Source: a virus
Taxonomy: Duplodnaviria; Heunggongvirae; Uroviricota; Caudoviricetes
Virus record (IMG/VR): IMGVR_UViG_645058835_000004
Location: 1-39,344 of that record
Length of the DNA stretch: 39,344 bases
Direction: 5' to 3' (one strand)
Shown here piece by piece: positions 1-10,136 of the stretch (within the stretch, counting starts at the first letter, position 1; every line of letters starts with the position of its first letter). Both the position numbers and the translations under genes were made by a program. A model generated the notes under the pieces. That model was not told the origin of the DNA. It saw only the letters and a list, made by a program, of their open reading frames with translations, and made no database searches.

Positions 1-258
1 ATGCAAACCGTTATTTTTGGTCGTTCGGGTTGCCCTTACTGTGTGCGTGCAAAAGATCTGGCTGAGAAATTGAGCAATGAACGCGATGATTTTCAGTATC
101 AGTATGTAGATATTCGTGCGGAAGGGATCACTAAAGAAGATCTACAACAAAAGGCAGGTAAACCCGTAGAAACCGTGCCGCAGATTTTTGTCGATCAGCA
201 ACATATCGGCGGCTATACCGATTTTGCTGCATGGGTGAAAGAAAATCTGGACGCCTGA
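1..258 (+). CDS. grxA: Glutaredoxin 1 (host gene)
   Basis: 85-aa ORF with the CPYC dithiol active-site motif (GCPYC) and the overall sequence of E. coli GrxA; GC-normal host DNA. Confidence 0.9.
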   Translation: MQTVIFGRSGCPYCVRAKDLAEKLSNERDDFQYQYVDIRAEGITKEDLQQKAGKPVETVPQIFVDQQHIGGYTDFAAWVKENLDA

Positions 259-287
259 TCGTCTGACAAGCCCTCGCGTTGAGGGCT

Positions 288-665
288 TTACTGATTTTTT
301 CTGTGCTGTGGTTTAAACAAACTACTGATAAATAAGAAACACAGTGCCCCCAGCGCACACCAGAACACCGCGCTTAGTAACCATGCCAGCTCTTGCCAGA
401 ATGAGCGCGTCGGTGAAAAAAACAGCCGCATAATGAGCATCGAACAGGGTGCCGCCAGCATTGCGCCAAACAGAGGTTTCAGGACTTCTCTACGCTGTGA
501 AAAGAAGCTGGCCACTGCTCCAGGAAGAATGAAAAATAGCAAGCCGATTTCAGGATGCCCGGCAGCCCGAAAAGCGCCTTTCATGTGCGTCGCCAGAAAA
601 AGGCACACCACAATGAAGAGGACAAAACAGCAGATTGCCCCCGCCCAACGTTGTTTATGTTTCAC
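288..665 (-). CDS. ybjM: Inner membrane protein YbjM (host gene)
   Basis: 125-aa hydrophobic ORF with several predicted TM segments; size and position (between grxA and ybjL) match E. coli ybjM. Confidence 0.7.
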   Translation of the reverse strand: MKHKQRWAGAICCFVLFIVVCLFLATHMKGAFRAAGHPEIGLLFFILPGAVASFFSQRREVLKPLFGAMLAAPCSMLIMRLFFSPTRSFWQELAWLLSAVFWCALGALCFLFISSLFKPQHRKNQ

Positions 666-934
666 TCGTTCCTCCTGACACTGCGTCTATCGAACACATT
701 TTTCGCCAGTGTGGCGTTCAGTAAGATAAAGCCGCTTCGCATTCCATGCTAATATAGGCCAACGCAATTCATATAGCCGTTGATACCTAATGTGATTACA
801 CTAGTAAAATATATTGTTACTTTACTATCGTTTAGGTGCGCTGAATGAATCTGCGCCCTGAATTCTGGTAAAAAACATTATCGTAAATTACCATTTCTTT
901 CAACAGCTTACTAGTAAACAAGAAGTTAGCCTCC

Positions 935-2620
935 GTGAATATAAACGTCGCCGAATTGTTAAATGGGAATTACATTCTGTTATTATTTGTGGTCCTCGCG
1001 CTTGGGCTATGTCTCGGAAAGTTACGACTTGGTTCGATCCAACTGGGTAATTCCATTGGCGTTTTAGTCGTATCGCTGTTATTAGGCCAACAACATTTCA
1101 GCATTAACACCGATGCGCTTAATCTTGGCTTTATGCTGTTTATTTTCTGCGTCGGGGTCGAAGCCGGACCGAACTTTTTTTCCATTTTTTTTCGCGATGG
1201 GAAAAATTACCTAATGTTAGCACTGGTGATGGTTGGCAGTGCGCTGGTGATCGCCTTAGGGTTAGGTAAGCTGTTTGGCTGGGATATTGGCCTGACGGCC
1301 GGTATGTTAGCAGGCTCTATGACGTCGACACCGGTTCTGGTCGGTGCTGGCGATACACTGCGTCATTCCGGCATGGAAAGCAGGCAGCTCTCACTGGCAC
1401 TGGATAATCTGAGCCTCGGGTATGCCTTAACCTATTTAATCGGTCTGGTGAGTTTGATTGTTGGTGCGCGTTACTTGCCGAAATTGCAGCATCAGGACTT
1501 ACAGACCAGCGCCCAGCAAATCGCCCGCGAACGTGGCCTGGACACTGATGCCAACCGTAAGGTTTATTTACCGGTGATCCGCGCCTATCGCGTCGGCCCG
1601 GAGCTGGTGGCCTGGACCGACGGCAAAAATCTGCGTGAACTGGGTATTTATCGACAAACCGGCTGCTACATTGAACGTATTCGACGTAACGGGATTCTGG
1701 CAAATCCAGACGGTGATGCCGTGCTACAAATGGGCGATGAAATAGCGTTGGTAGGCTATCCCGACGCCCATGCCCGACTCGATCCCAGCTTCCGTAACGG
1801 TAAAGAAGTTTTCGATCGTGACCTTCTCGACATGCGTATCGTCACTGAAGAAGTGGTCGTTAAAAACCATAACGCTGTAGGTAAACGTCTCGCACAACTG
1901 AAGTTGACCGATCACGGTTGCTTCCTTAACCGCGTCATTCGTAGCCAGATTGAGATGCCGATAGATGACAACGTCGTGCTTAACAAAGGTGACGTTTTAC
2001 AAGTCAGCGGTGATGCCCGTCGCGTAAAAACCATCGCCGATCGCATCGGCTTTATCTCGATTCACAGCCAGGTCACTGACCTGCTGGCATTTTGCGCCTT
2101 CTTTGTTATTGGGCTGATGATCGGGATGATCACCTTCCAGTTCAGCACATTCAGTTTCGGCATGGGGAACGCTGCCGGGTTGTTATTCGCCGGAATTATG
2201 CTGGGCTTTATGCGTGCTAACCACCCGACCTTCGGTTACATTCCGCAAGGTGCATTAAGCATGGTGAAAGAGTTCGGCTTGATGGTGTTTATGGCAGGCG
2301 TTGGTCTGAGCGCCGGTAGCGGTATTAATAACGGCCTGGGCGCGATTGGCGGTCAGATGTTGATTGCCGGATTAATTGTCAGTCTTGTGCCCGTGGTTAT
2401 CTGTTTCTTGTTCGGTGCTTATGTATTGCGAATGAACCGCGCACTGTTGTTCGGCGCAATGATGGGCGCACGCACCTGCGCGCCGGCAATGGAGATCATC
2501 AGTGATACAGCTCGCAGTAACATCCCTGCGCTGGGCTATGCGGGCACCTACGCAATCGCCAACGTCCTGCTGACGCTGGCAGGGACAATCATCGTCATGG
2601 TATGGCCAGGATTAGGATAA
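935..2620 (+). CDS. ybjL: Putative transporter YbjL (AAE-family membrane protein with central soluble regulatory domains)
   Basis: 561-aa ORF with N- and C-terminal hydrophobic halves flanking a soluble central region; size and synteny match E. coli ybjL. Confidence 0.85.
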
Positions 2621-2732
2621 AACTGAAGTTGCCCTGAAAATGAAATTTTTTTGCACAACCGCAGAACTTTTCCGCAGGGCATCAGTCTTAATTAGTGCCA
2701 CTGCTTTTCTTTGATGTCCCCATTTTGTGGAG

Positions 2733-2775
2733 CCCATCAACCCCGCCATTTCGGTTCAAGGTTGATGGGTTTTTT
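2733..2775 (+). terminator. Rho-independent terminator downstream of ybjL
   Basis: Perfect 10-bp stem CCCATCAACC / GGTTGATGGG (2733-2742 and 2760-2769) with a 17-nt loop, followed by TTTTTT (2770-2775). Confidence 0.5.
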
Positions 2776-2855
2776 GTTGCCTGAAATTTATGCCATTCAA
2801 AATCATGATGTTAGAAGCACTGTTTTTTAATGATGGCGACAAATTGGCGGCAGCG

Positions 2856-3074
2856 TCAAAGAGAGAGCGCCACCTGTCCTGATTTCATTGGATGCGGCTG
2901 AACCGGATTTGACTCTTTTGGCGTTGCAATCGAACGAACAAAAGTTTCATGGGTAACAAAAGTATGGCTGCAGTTAATGTTCTGGCACTGGTTGTAACGC
3001 TCTTTGGTCAATGAAGATACCTGAAAACTGCTGCGAGTATGGGCGGCACTTCCACACAGTGGGCAAATCATCAT
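2856..3074 (-). CDS. ogr: Late-gene transcriptional activator, Ogr/B zinc-finger family
   Basis: 72 aa from the internal ATG (MMICPLCGSAAHTR...QCQNINCSHTF): CxxC...CxxC zinc finger and length match P2 Ogr / 186 B; located at the D-proximal prophage end as in P2. Confidence 0.8.
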   Translation of the reverse strand: MMICPLCGSAAHTRSSFQVSSLTKERYNQCQNINCSHTFVTHETFVRSIATPKESNPVQPHPMKSGQVALSL

Positions 3075-3164
3075 TTTTCGAGTTCTCCCCATTTTTGCTA
3101 AATTCACAATAATGATACCGCATTATTCCATTTTGAAAACTTAAAAGTTCTCCATTGCGAAGAA

Positions 3165-4265
3165 TCATTCCATTTCGAAATCATCAATCTTCACTTCAAG
3201 CTCCAGACTGGTCGTAAAACCGTTATCCGGGCTGACAGTATGCGTCAGGGTGGTAATAGTCCATTCCGCATCATCTATCGGCTGTTTAAAACCACTGACC
3301 TTCACAGGCATTTCCGTGTAGAGATCTGCCCGCCCTTCCGCCAGTTGTAGCGAGAATGACGCAACGCCGCGTTGCAGGCGTTCCCACTGCATTTTTGCCG
3401 CTCGTTCGGCGTTGCTCCGGTTGGCATAAGTGCGATTAAGTACCAGCACGTTTTCATCCGTCCCCACCAGGTAATCGCCCTGCTTCGCTTCCGGCTCTTT
3501 CTTCTGCTTCTTAGTCCTGCGCTTACGCTTCACCGTAGTGCTTTCTTTCTTCGCGGGTTCGCGGGTATGCAACCAGCTGGCAATTACCCCCGTGTAAGCT
3601 CCGCGATCTGCCAGGGTAAAGCGGTGACTGTCGCCGTCCTTACGTATGATAGTGATCACCGGCAGTGGTTTACCGCTGGCGCTTTTACCCTGTCCCTGCC
3701 GGATGAATAACAGATTGCCATTTTTCACCGATGCAATGGCACCGTACTGGCGCGCCAGCCGCATCAAAAAACTGCCGTCACTCTCATTAGTCTGGTCTAT
3801 ATGCTCCACGGGTTTATCCGACAGGTCTTTACCCAGTGCCATCTTCAGTTTGTGACGCGCAGCTATTTCCTTCACCACTTCCCCGACCGTGGTCTTGTGC
3901 CACGATTTTTCACGACGGGTATTCAGCGTTTCCCGAAAATCAGCGCTTCGCGCCCGGATAGTCAGGCGGTCCGGTGCGCCAGTGTGTTCAATCTCGTCCA
4001 CCGTGAATGCCCCTTTCGGGAAAAGCGGCTGCCCCTTCCAGCCCAGCGCCAGCGTAATGACCGCACCACGGCGCGGCAGCACGATTTTTCCGTCGGCGTC
4101 GTCCAGCTCCAGATCAAGCTGGTCCGCTTCAAAGCCCCGGTTATCCGTCAGCGTAAGCCCCATCAGGCGGTTGTCCAGCACAGTGGTGATATCCCTGCCC
4201 TCAATACTGATGCTGAATGCTGGAGTTTTGTTGCCTTTGTTAAGCAGTTCAGAGCTGAAATTCAC
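3165..4265 (-). CDS. Tail protein gpD (late control gene D family)
   Basis: 366-aa ORF, GTG start overlapping the U stop (GTGA); position after U as in P2; sequence read as gpD-like. Confidence 0.85.
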   Translation of the reverse strand: MNFSSELLNKGNKTPAFSISIEGRDITTVLDNRLMGLTLTDNRGFEADQLDLELDDADGKIVLPRRGAVITLALGWKGQPLFPKGAFTVDEIEHTGAPDRLTIRARSADFRETLNTRREKSWHKTTVGEVVKEIAARHKLKMALGKDLSDKPVEHIDQTNESDGSFLMRLARQYGAIASVKNGNLLFIRQGQGKSASGKPLPVITIIRKDGDSHRFTLADRGAYTGVIASWLHTREPAKKESTTVKRKRRTKKQKKEPEAKQGDYLVGTDENVLVLNRTYANRSNAERAAKMQWERLQRGVASFSLQLAEGRADLYTEMPVKVSGFKQPIDDAEWTITTLTHTVSPDNGFTTSLELEVKIDDFEME

Positions 4266-4747
4266 GACAGCAGCCCTCCCACCGTTTTACTGATATCACT
4301 TAAGGCAGACGTTACCGTGTCCTGCAGATTATTCAGTTGCGCACTAAGATCACCGAACATATCGGACAGGGATTCATCCACCCGTTTGAGCGACAGAGTG
4401 AACTCAATCCGGCGCGGCATACCATCGCGGAAAAACTCCGTTTTAGTCTGATTTAGTCCCTCAATCACATACATGCCGTAAATCGTGCCGCTGCCTTCAA
4501 TCAGGGGCCATGCTTTCCCCTGTTCTGCCATCTGCTCCAGAGCCAGCAACGACAGCCTGCCACCTGTTATCTCCGGCATAAGAACACCAGAAAGCGTCAG
4601 CATGTCGTTGTCCGGTCCCAGAAACTGCGTGGACGGACGTCGATTTACCCGGCTGTTTGCCGCATGTCGCCAGCTGCGTTGATACTGCAGTTCCTGATAC
4701 GGCACGGTGCGCAGCATAAACACGTACAATCCCAGCACCATCATCAT
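4262..4747 (-). CDS. Tail protein gpU
   Basis: 161-aa ORF between T and D, overlapping stop/start couplings; P2 gpU-like. Confidence 0.85.
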   Translation of the reverse strand: MMMVLGLYVFMLRTVPYQELQYQRSWRHAANSRVNRRPSTQFLGPDNDMLTLSGVLMPEITGGRLSLLALEQMAEQGKAWPLIEGSGTIYGMYVIEGLNQTKTEFFRDGMPRRIEFTLSLKRVDESLSDMFGDLSAQLNNLQDTVTSALSDISKTVGGLLS

Positions 4748-7700
4748 GCGTCGTATCCCCCCTGATCGCTGTAGTTACTCCTGGCTTTTGCCTTCAGCCT
4801 GCGTTCACGTTCATCAAGCTGGCGGGCCACCTCCCGCGCAATATCCTGCGCACTTTGTCCTGGCTGCGTCTGGATGATGATCTGCGTCGGTGCCTCAATG
4901 CTGTAAACGGGCGGCACAGTGGCTGCGCGACTCACCATCGCTTCTCCACCTTTCGCGGGAAGTGCCAAAGGGTGCAACGGTGGAAGCTCTGCTGGCGCGG
5001 CAGCAACGCCCATCATTCCGGCAACAACGGCAGCCAGTGCAGCTGTATTTCTCCGGCTGGTCACGTTTGCCGGACCGTTGACAATTTCAGGCCCGTTTTC
5101 ACCGACGATGCCAAACTGCCCGTACGGGATATACCCACCGCTGTCATACATCCCCGCAAAGCCATATCCCCATGACGGGAAACCACCCGATGGCATCATC
5201 ACTTTACCGTCTGCATTCACCGTCGCAGGTTGCTGACGCGTCACGCTTTCCGGCAGTTTTGCCTTTGCGGCCTCTTTACTGACAATGCCGAGTTTCTCCA
5301 GCAACCAGGAAACGCCGGATTTCAGGGAGTCCAGCGGATGCATGACCATATTCAGCCCTTCCGCCAGTGCCTCCCCGAATCGTCGCCCCATTGCCGCTGC
5401 GCTCTGCAGTTCGGCAGAGGTCGACTTAACGGGCGTCAGCAGATCAGTAAACCAGCCCCACAACGCCTGCACTTTGTCGCCAATCCACTGAAACACAGGC
5501 TTAAGTGGTTCGAATGCTGCACTGACGGGACCTGCCGCCGCTTTGAATCCTTCCACCACGCCACCGAGAAATGCGGTGATGGGTTGCCAGTATTTCCAGA
5601 CAACCAGCGCCACGCCCGCCAGTGCAGTAACCACAAGACCTATCGGACTGAGCAGAGCACCTAACAGACCAGATACGGCATACAGGGCAATGCGCAACAT
5701 CGCCAGCGGGCCGGATGCGAGCACACGCAGCACCGCGCCTGCGGCAGCCAGCCCACCGCGTAGTGCTGCCAGTGGATTCATAAACATCACAGCAACAGCA
5801 CGTAAACCGGATAATCCAGACCGCAAAAGTGCAACCGGCGCACCTGCTACAGTTTTCAGGACATTCCCCGTCAGTGATGCCGTGCGACGCAAAGATGACA
5901 ACGGAGCAGTAAGTAAACCCGCTGCGTTGCCCGATGAAGCAAGCCCGCGTCGCAGCAGTGCCAGTGGTGCGCCAGCCAGCCAGGACAACGCGCTGCTGGT
6001 TCGAGTTACTGCTGCCGTAACAGAAGGTAACGTTTTGATACCCAGCACAGAGAATCCCAGACGGATCACTGCCAGCGGCCCCAGCACTGCAGCCAGCGCC
6101 ACCGCTAAGGTGCCGAGGCCTACGGTAACCGCAGCCACAACAGCCGCTACTTTCATCAGTGTGCCTGTCAGTTCCGGGTTGGCTTCCACCCAGCGGCGCA
6201 ACGCCCCCGTAATGCTTTTCACCGTGTACAGAATATCCATCAGCGGCTGGCGCAACGTTTCGCCCAGGCTGCTGAAGGTGTTCTGCGCTCCGGTTTTGAC
6301 CAGCAACCACTGAGCAGAAAGTGAGTCTTTGTTGATGTCGGATTCTTTCTGCATGGAACCGAGCGCATCATTGCCCGCTGTCAGCTTTAGCTGGCGCTGC
6401 AGTTCCGGAAGGTTGTTTGCCAGTTTCGCCGCGTCATCACCAAACTCTTTACCAAACAACATGGTCATGGCAGACAGACGCTTGTCCTGCGGCAGTGCGT
6501 TCACCTTCTCCAGCACACGCTGGATAGTTCCCATCGCATCCTTCGTCATCTGCTTTTCAATCACTTCAGGATTGAGTTTCAGCAGATTCATCCCTTCAAA
6601 GAAACTCTTGCTTTGCATGGTGGCAATGGACAATTCACGCACCATCGCGTTTGCTGCACTGGCTGCAACCTCCGGCGCAGCGCCCAGTGTCAGAAAGGTG
6701 GAACCCAGTGCCGCCGCTTTACGATAATCCAGACGGTCAGCCACACCGCCCAGACGTTGCATCACATCAATGATGTCCGCCCCTTTCGACATGGCGTTAT
6801 CATCCAGATAGTTCAGCGCATCGCCGAGCTGTTCAATATTGCGGGTAGGTATTTTGTAGAGCTGGGCGATTTTCCCCAGACTTTCTGACAGTTCATCCGC
6901 TGGCAGCTCAAAGGCTGTTGCCGCCTTTGCTGCCGTACTGGCGAAGGCCAGCAGGTCACGTTTCTGGTCTTCCCAGCTGTCGTCAGGGTTTGCGACGTTC
7001 ATGCGCGCACCACCTTCAACCAGTGCAGCGAAGTCCACCGCACCGTTTTCCATCGGCAACTGTTCGCTGGCAGCCTTGATGGCATCCTGCATTTCATAAA
7101 AACGTGCAGTGCGGTTGCCATTATCGTCACGCAGACCATTGACCTGCTTTGCCACACCTTTCATGGCATCTTCCATGCTGGTATAGCTTTTTACTGCCGC
7201 CATCACTGGCGTCCCCATTGCCAGCCCTGCAGCCGTGGTGGTGGCTCCGGCTCCTGCGATGCGATCGCGCACCTCCAGCGAACGGGCATAACTGGCACGC
7301 GCTGCATTCATCCTGCGCTGAGCTTCCCCCAGTCGCTTCAGCCGCGCCTCCTGTTTCGACAGTTCCTGGTTATAACGTGATGTTTCACGGGCTAAACGGG
7401 CAGTTGCTCCCGCATCATCTTTCGCAGAAATTCCCGCCCGGTACAGTTCTGCACGCACAAGCGCCGTTTGCTTCTGCAAATATTTTTGTTGTTCTTCCAG
7501 ACGTTGGACTGCCAGCGTTTGCCGACCTAAAGCTACAAGGTGCCGTTGTGATGGTTGTTCCATCGACTCCAGCTCAGAGCTAAGCAAATTAGCCTTCTGT
7601 CTGGCATAGTTCAGCCTGTCGCCTAACTTCTTGTTATCGGCCTGCAGCTTGCGAAATTTTTCCAGGCTGTTACCCGCCTGATTGAGTTGCTTTAATGCGT

Positions 7701-7821
7701 CACGGGAGTTTCTGATTGCGCCAGCCAGCTCTTTCGAACTGGCCTGTGCAGCACGGAATGGGCGGGTGAGTTTGTCAACCGCATTAAGAATGACCTGCAG
7801 CCGCAGGTTATTATCACTCAT
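4744..7821 (-). CDS. Tail tape measure protein gpT
   Basis: 1025-aa ORF, N-terminal coiled-coil-like region then Ala/Gly-rich hydrophobic repeats; follows E/E' as in P2. Confidence 0.9.
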   Translation of the reverse strand: MSDNNLRLQVILNAVDKLTRPFRAAQASSKELAGAIRNSRDALKQLNQAGNSLEKFRKLQADNKKLGDRLNYARQKANLLSSELESMEQPSQRHLVALGRQTLAVQRLEEQQKYLQKQTALVRAELYRAGISAKDDAGATARLARETSRYNQELSKQEARLKRLGEAQRRMNAARASYARSLEVRDRIAGAGATTTAAGLAMGTPVMAAVKSYTSMEDAMKGVAKQVNGLRDDNGNRTARFYEMQDAIKAASEQLPMENGAVDFAALVEGGARMNVANPDDSWEDQKRDLLAFASTAAKAATAFELPADELSESLGKIAQLYKIPTRNIEQLGDALNYLDDNAMSKGADIIDVMQRLGGVADRLDYRKAAALGSTFLTLGAAPEVAASAANAMVRELSIATMQSKSFFEGMNLLKLNPEVIEKQMTKDAMGTIQRVLEKVNALPQDKRLSAMTMLFGKEFGDDAAKLANNLPELQRQLKLTAGNDALGSMQKESDINKDSLSAQWLLVKTGAQNTFSSLGETLRQPLMDILYTVKSITGALRRWVEANPELTGTLMKVAAVVAAVTVGLGTLAVALAAVLGPLAVIRLGFSVLGIKTLPSVTAAVTRTSSALSWLAGAPLALLRRGLASSGNAAGLLTAPLSSLRRTASLTGNVLKTVAGAPVALLRSGLSGLRAVAVMFMNPLAALRGGLAAAGAVLRVLASGPLAMLRIALYAVSGLLGALLSPIGLVVTALAGVALVVWKYWQPITAFLGGVVEGFKAAAGPVSAAFEPLKPVFQWIGDKVQALWGWFTDLLTPVKSTSAELQSAAAMGRRFGEALAEGLNMVMHPLDSLKSGVSWLLEKLGIVSKEAAKAKLPESVTRQQPATVNADGKVMMPSGGFPSWGYGFAGMYDSGGYIPYGQFGIVGENGPEIVNGPANVTSRRNTAALAAVVAGMMGVAAAPAELPPLHPLALPAKGGEAMVSRAATVPPVYSIEAPTQIIIQTQPGQSAQDIAREVARQLDERERRLKAKARSNYSDQGGYDA

Positions 7822-8250
7822 CGTTGGCCCCGCTTCTCTGAATCGCTTTATACCGCCATTCCAGCACTTCGGTCAGCGGCATAACGTCAGTAACGGATGG
7901 CGGCCAGTGAAAAATGGTGGCGATATCTGCCACCAGATCGTCAACCGTCAGGCTGTCGGTAAACCGGCAAGCACCGACTTCTTCAACAAAAAAGTGACAA
8001 CCTCAACCGACATGGCAGTGAGATCTGCCGGGTCCATCTCTGCAATTTCCTGTGCAGTCAGTGCCGGACTGGAGATACGGGGGATCACGGTCATCATCGC
8101 GTTCACATCCATATCCATAATGGCCTGCAGGCGTGTACCGCGCAGCGCACCGGAATGCGGTTTACGCAGCACAATTTCGGTGATTTCTGTTTTACCGCGC
8201 TTGATGGGGGTATCCAGTTGAATAGTCTTTTCAGTCTGCTTATCGCTCAT
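7814..8250 (-). CDS. Tail assembly chaperone gpE+E' (programmed -1 frameshift product)
   Basis: mRNA heptamer U UUU UUG (plus-strand CAAAAAA at 7987-7993) in the gpE frame; hand translation of the -1 frame runs open to a TGA at 7814-7816, just downstream of the T start codon (7819-7821). Confidence 0.7.
7948..8250 (-). CDS. Tail assembly chaperone gpE (zero-frame product)
   Basis: 100-aa ORF between FII and T, ending ...VTFLLKKSVLAGLPTA; contains the slippery heptamer. Confidence 0.8.
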   Translation of the reverse strand: MSDKQTEKTIQLDTPIKRGKTEITEIVLRKPHSGALRGTRLQAIMDMDVNAMMTVIPRISSPALTAQEIAEMDPADLTAMSVEVVTFLLKKSVLAGLPTA

Positions 8251-8304
8251 TTTGCTGTCCTGTAAATTGGGTTCTGGCGCGGTATCCCGCGCCGTTCAGA
8301 TACA

Positions 8305-8820
8305 TCAGAGGCCGAGGGCGTTGCGGTGCGCTTCCATCAGGTCCACACCGTCCACAATTTCCACCATGTTGATAAGGTCCACTTCATAGAGCACCTCACC
8401 ATTTATAGTCAGCTTCGCGTAGCTGTTGGTACTGGTCACTTTGGTGGTGTTGCTTTCGCCCGTCTTCCACTCGCCGGAATCCACTTCTTTGTGACGTCCA
8501 CGCACCACAAGCTCCACAGCCTGCACTTCCCCGGTATCGTCACGCTGGATAGAGCCGGTAAAGCGCAGCTGGATGCCATCCACCGTAGCTTTGCCCATCT
8601 GTTTAAACAGCAGCAGTTCAGTACCACCAATGGAAAATTCTGTGTCCAGCGCACTGTCATCAAGCCCCAGATCCACATCCACTGCACCCGGCATTCCGCC
8701 GCCGCGATACTTCTCATATTTGCGGGTGAATTTCGGCAGCGTCAGCGACTCAACGATCCCCTGCCAGTTGTTCCCGTCATTAAACAGGTTCAGGTGTTTT
8801 AATTTGCGTGGTAAAGCCAT
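8305..8820 (-). CDS. Tail tube protein gpFII
   Basis: 171-aa ORF immediately downstream of the sheath gene; P2 FII-like. Confidence 0.9.
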   Translation of the reverse strand: MALPRKLKHLNLFNDGNNWQGIVESLTLPKFTRKYEKYRGGGMPGAVDVDLGLDDSALDTEFSIGGTELLLFKQMGKATVDGIQLRFTGSIQRDDTGEVQAVELVVRGRHKEVDSGEWKTGESNTTKVTSTNSYAKLTINGEVLYEVDLINMVEIVDGVDLMEAHRNALGL

Positions 8821-8829
8821 GTTGTCCCC

Positions 8830-10002
8830 TTACGCGCTGACCTGGCTGGAGAAATTCACCAGGTACTGATCGGTGATGCGCTGACGCAGCATCAGGTTTT
8901 CAAGTGGCGGCACTGGCGTGTAGTCGTAATCGATGGTGAGTTTTCCGGCTTTCAGGGTGTCTTTGTCGTTCACCGACTCGTCCAGCCAGCAATCACCACC
9001 AATGAGATACCCCTGACTTACCAGGCTGCGCATTTTGGCGCGGATACCCTCGATAATGTCGCGCGCCAGCGACGGGTTCAGCGGTTTGTCCACCGCCCAC
9101 ATGTGCGCTTCTGCCATTGTGTCCGTCAGCACCTGCGCCGTGCGAGTGTAGTTTTCGAAAGCAAAAAGCGGATCATCGCTCAGACAGCGGGAACCCCAGA
9201 AGCGGAAACCATCCTTGCGCACAAGCGTGGTGACGTCGTTCTGGTTAAGCAGTCCCGCATCGGTTGCCGGGTCCTGCAGATCCCAGAACACATCAGCAGA
9301 AATTCCGGTGACACCGTTCACGCCCACGTTGGACAGGCTTTTGTGCCATCCGGTCTGCTCGTCAATTTTGGCGCGCAGACCAAGCGCACGGGCGGTGGCA
9401 TATGCCGTTGCTTCGGCATTCAGCACCGTGTCCCAGCCAGTAAAGTCAGGCCAGATCAGCATCCCTTCGCGCTGGCTAAAGTTTTCACGGTAAGTGATCG
9501 CCTCCTGTACCGTCTTGCAGCCATACGCTGACAGGTAAGCAAATCCACGCAGGCTTTGCGCCACGCTCAGCAACTCAGTAGCTACCGCCTTGGTGTCGTG
9601 GCCTGGCACGCCGAGAATGCGCGGTTTAACGCCGAGCTGTGTCTGGGCAGATAACAGGGCTTTCATGCCTGTTTTTTTACCCTCGGCGGTCACTGCGCCA
9701 ATGATATTGGTTGTGGTTTCTTCTTCCGTTTCACCCTGCGGCACACGCACAACAACGGTCACGGGTTTTGCCTGGTCAGCGATGGCATCCAGCGAGCGGG
9801 CCAGTGTGCCGGACTCACCCGCTTTACCGCTGGCAGTCAGCACATCAGTGACCAGCACGGGTTTATTAAGAGGAAACATTTTTGCATCGGCATCATCGCC
9901 CGTGCAGACCATACCCACGATGGCGGTGCTCACCGTGGTAATAGATCGGGTGCCTTCGTTGACTTCAACAACGCGCACCCCGTGGTGGTAATCCTGAGCC
10001 AT
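8830..10002 (-). CDS. Contractile tail sheath protein gpFI
   Basis: 390-aa ORF starting [13 protein letters not shown]...; first gene of the FI-FII-E-T-U-D operon. Confidence 0.9.
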   Translation of the reverse strand: MAQDYHHGVRVVEVNEGTRSITTVSTAIVGMVCTGDDADAKMFPLNKPVLVTDVLTASGKAGESGTLARSLDAIADQAKPVTVVVRVPQGETEEETTTNIIGAVTAEGKKTGMKALLSAQTQLGVKPRILGVPGHDTKAVATELLSVAQSLRGFAYLSAYGCKTVQEAITYRENFSQREGMLIWPDFTGWDTVLNAEATAYATARALGLRAKIDEQTGWHKSLSNVGVNGVTGISADVFWDLQDPATDAGLLNQNDVTTLVRKDGFRFWGSRCLSDDPLFAFENYTRTAQVLTDTMAEAHMWAVDKPLNPSLARDIIEGIRAKMRSLVSQGYLIGGDCWLDESVNDKDTLKAGKLTIDYDYTPVPPLENLMLRQRITDQYLVNFSSQVSA

Positions 10003-10077
10003 AAGGCAGTCTCTCCGGTTGTAGAGGGGGTCTGCCTATGTTCTGGTTGATACACGCAGGGTGCACGCGATGGGGGT

Positions 10078-10095
10078 TGTATGGAAAATGGCACA
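10078..10095 (-). promoter_or_regulatory. Candidate Ogr-dependent late promoter element (PF) upstream of FI
   Basis: TGT-N12-ACA dyad (TGTatggaaaatggcACA); with the element at -64..-47 the TSS falls near 10031, about 29 nt before the FI ATG. Confidence 0.5.
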
Positions 10096-10103
10096 ACGAC
10101 GGG

Positions 10104-10129
10104 GTGAAAAAATCCCCGCAGGCGCGGGG
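10104..10129 (-). terminator. Rho-independent terminator after the tail-fibre operon (downstream of G)
   Basis: GC stem CCCCGC/GCGGGG (10114-10119 and 10124-10129) followed on the minus strand by UUUUUU (plus-strand A-run 10105-10110); begins 8 nt after the G stop. Confidence 0.5.
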
Positions 10130-10136
10130 CAGGAAT

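Noticed and set aside
433-752. Plus-strand ORFs 433..678 and 555..752 overlapping ybjM
   Set aside because: Antisense to the ybjM membrane-protein gene; translations are Arg/Lys-rich with no recognisable features.
2621-2855. Possible tRNA or att-associated small RNA at the host-prophage junction
   Set aside because: No cloverleaf features (no GGTTCGAATCC-type T-loop, no acceptor-stem pairing); the hairpin is better explained as the ybjL terminator.
2974-3168. 64-aa ORF overlapping the 5' end of ogr
   Set aside because: Overlaps the ogr coding region in another frame and the ogr promoter region; no RBS; likely spurious.
5230-6313. Several long ORFs on the plus strand inside the tape-measure gene (e.g. 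5543..6313, 256 aa; 5230..5664)
   Set aside because: Antisense to a confidently assigned 1025-aa gene; Ala/Pro/Arg-rich low-complexity translations typical of GC-rich antisense frames; no independent start context.
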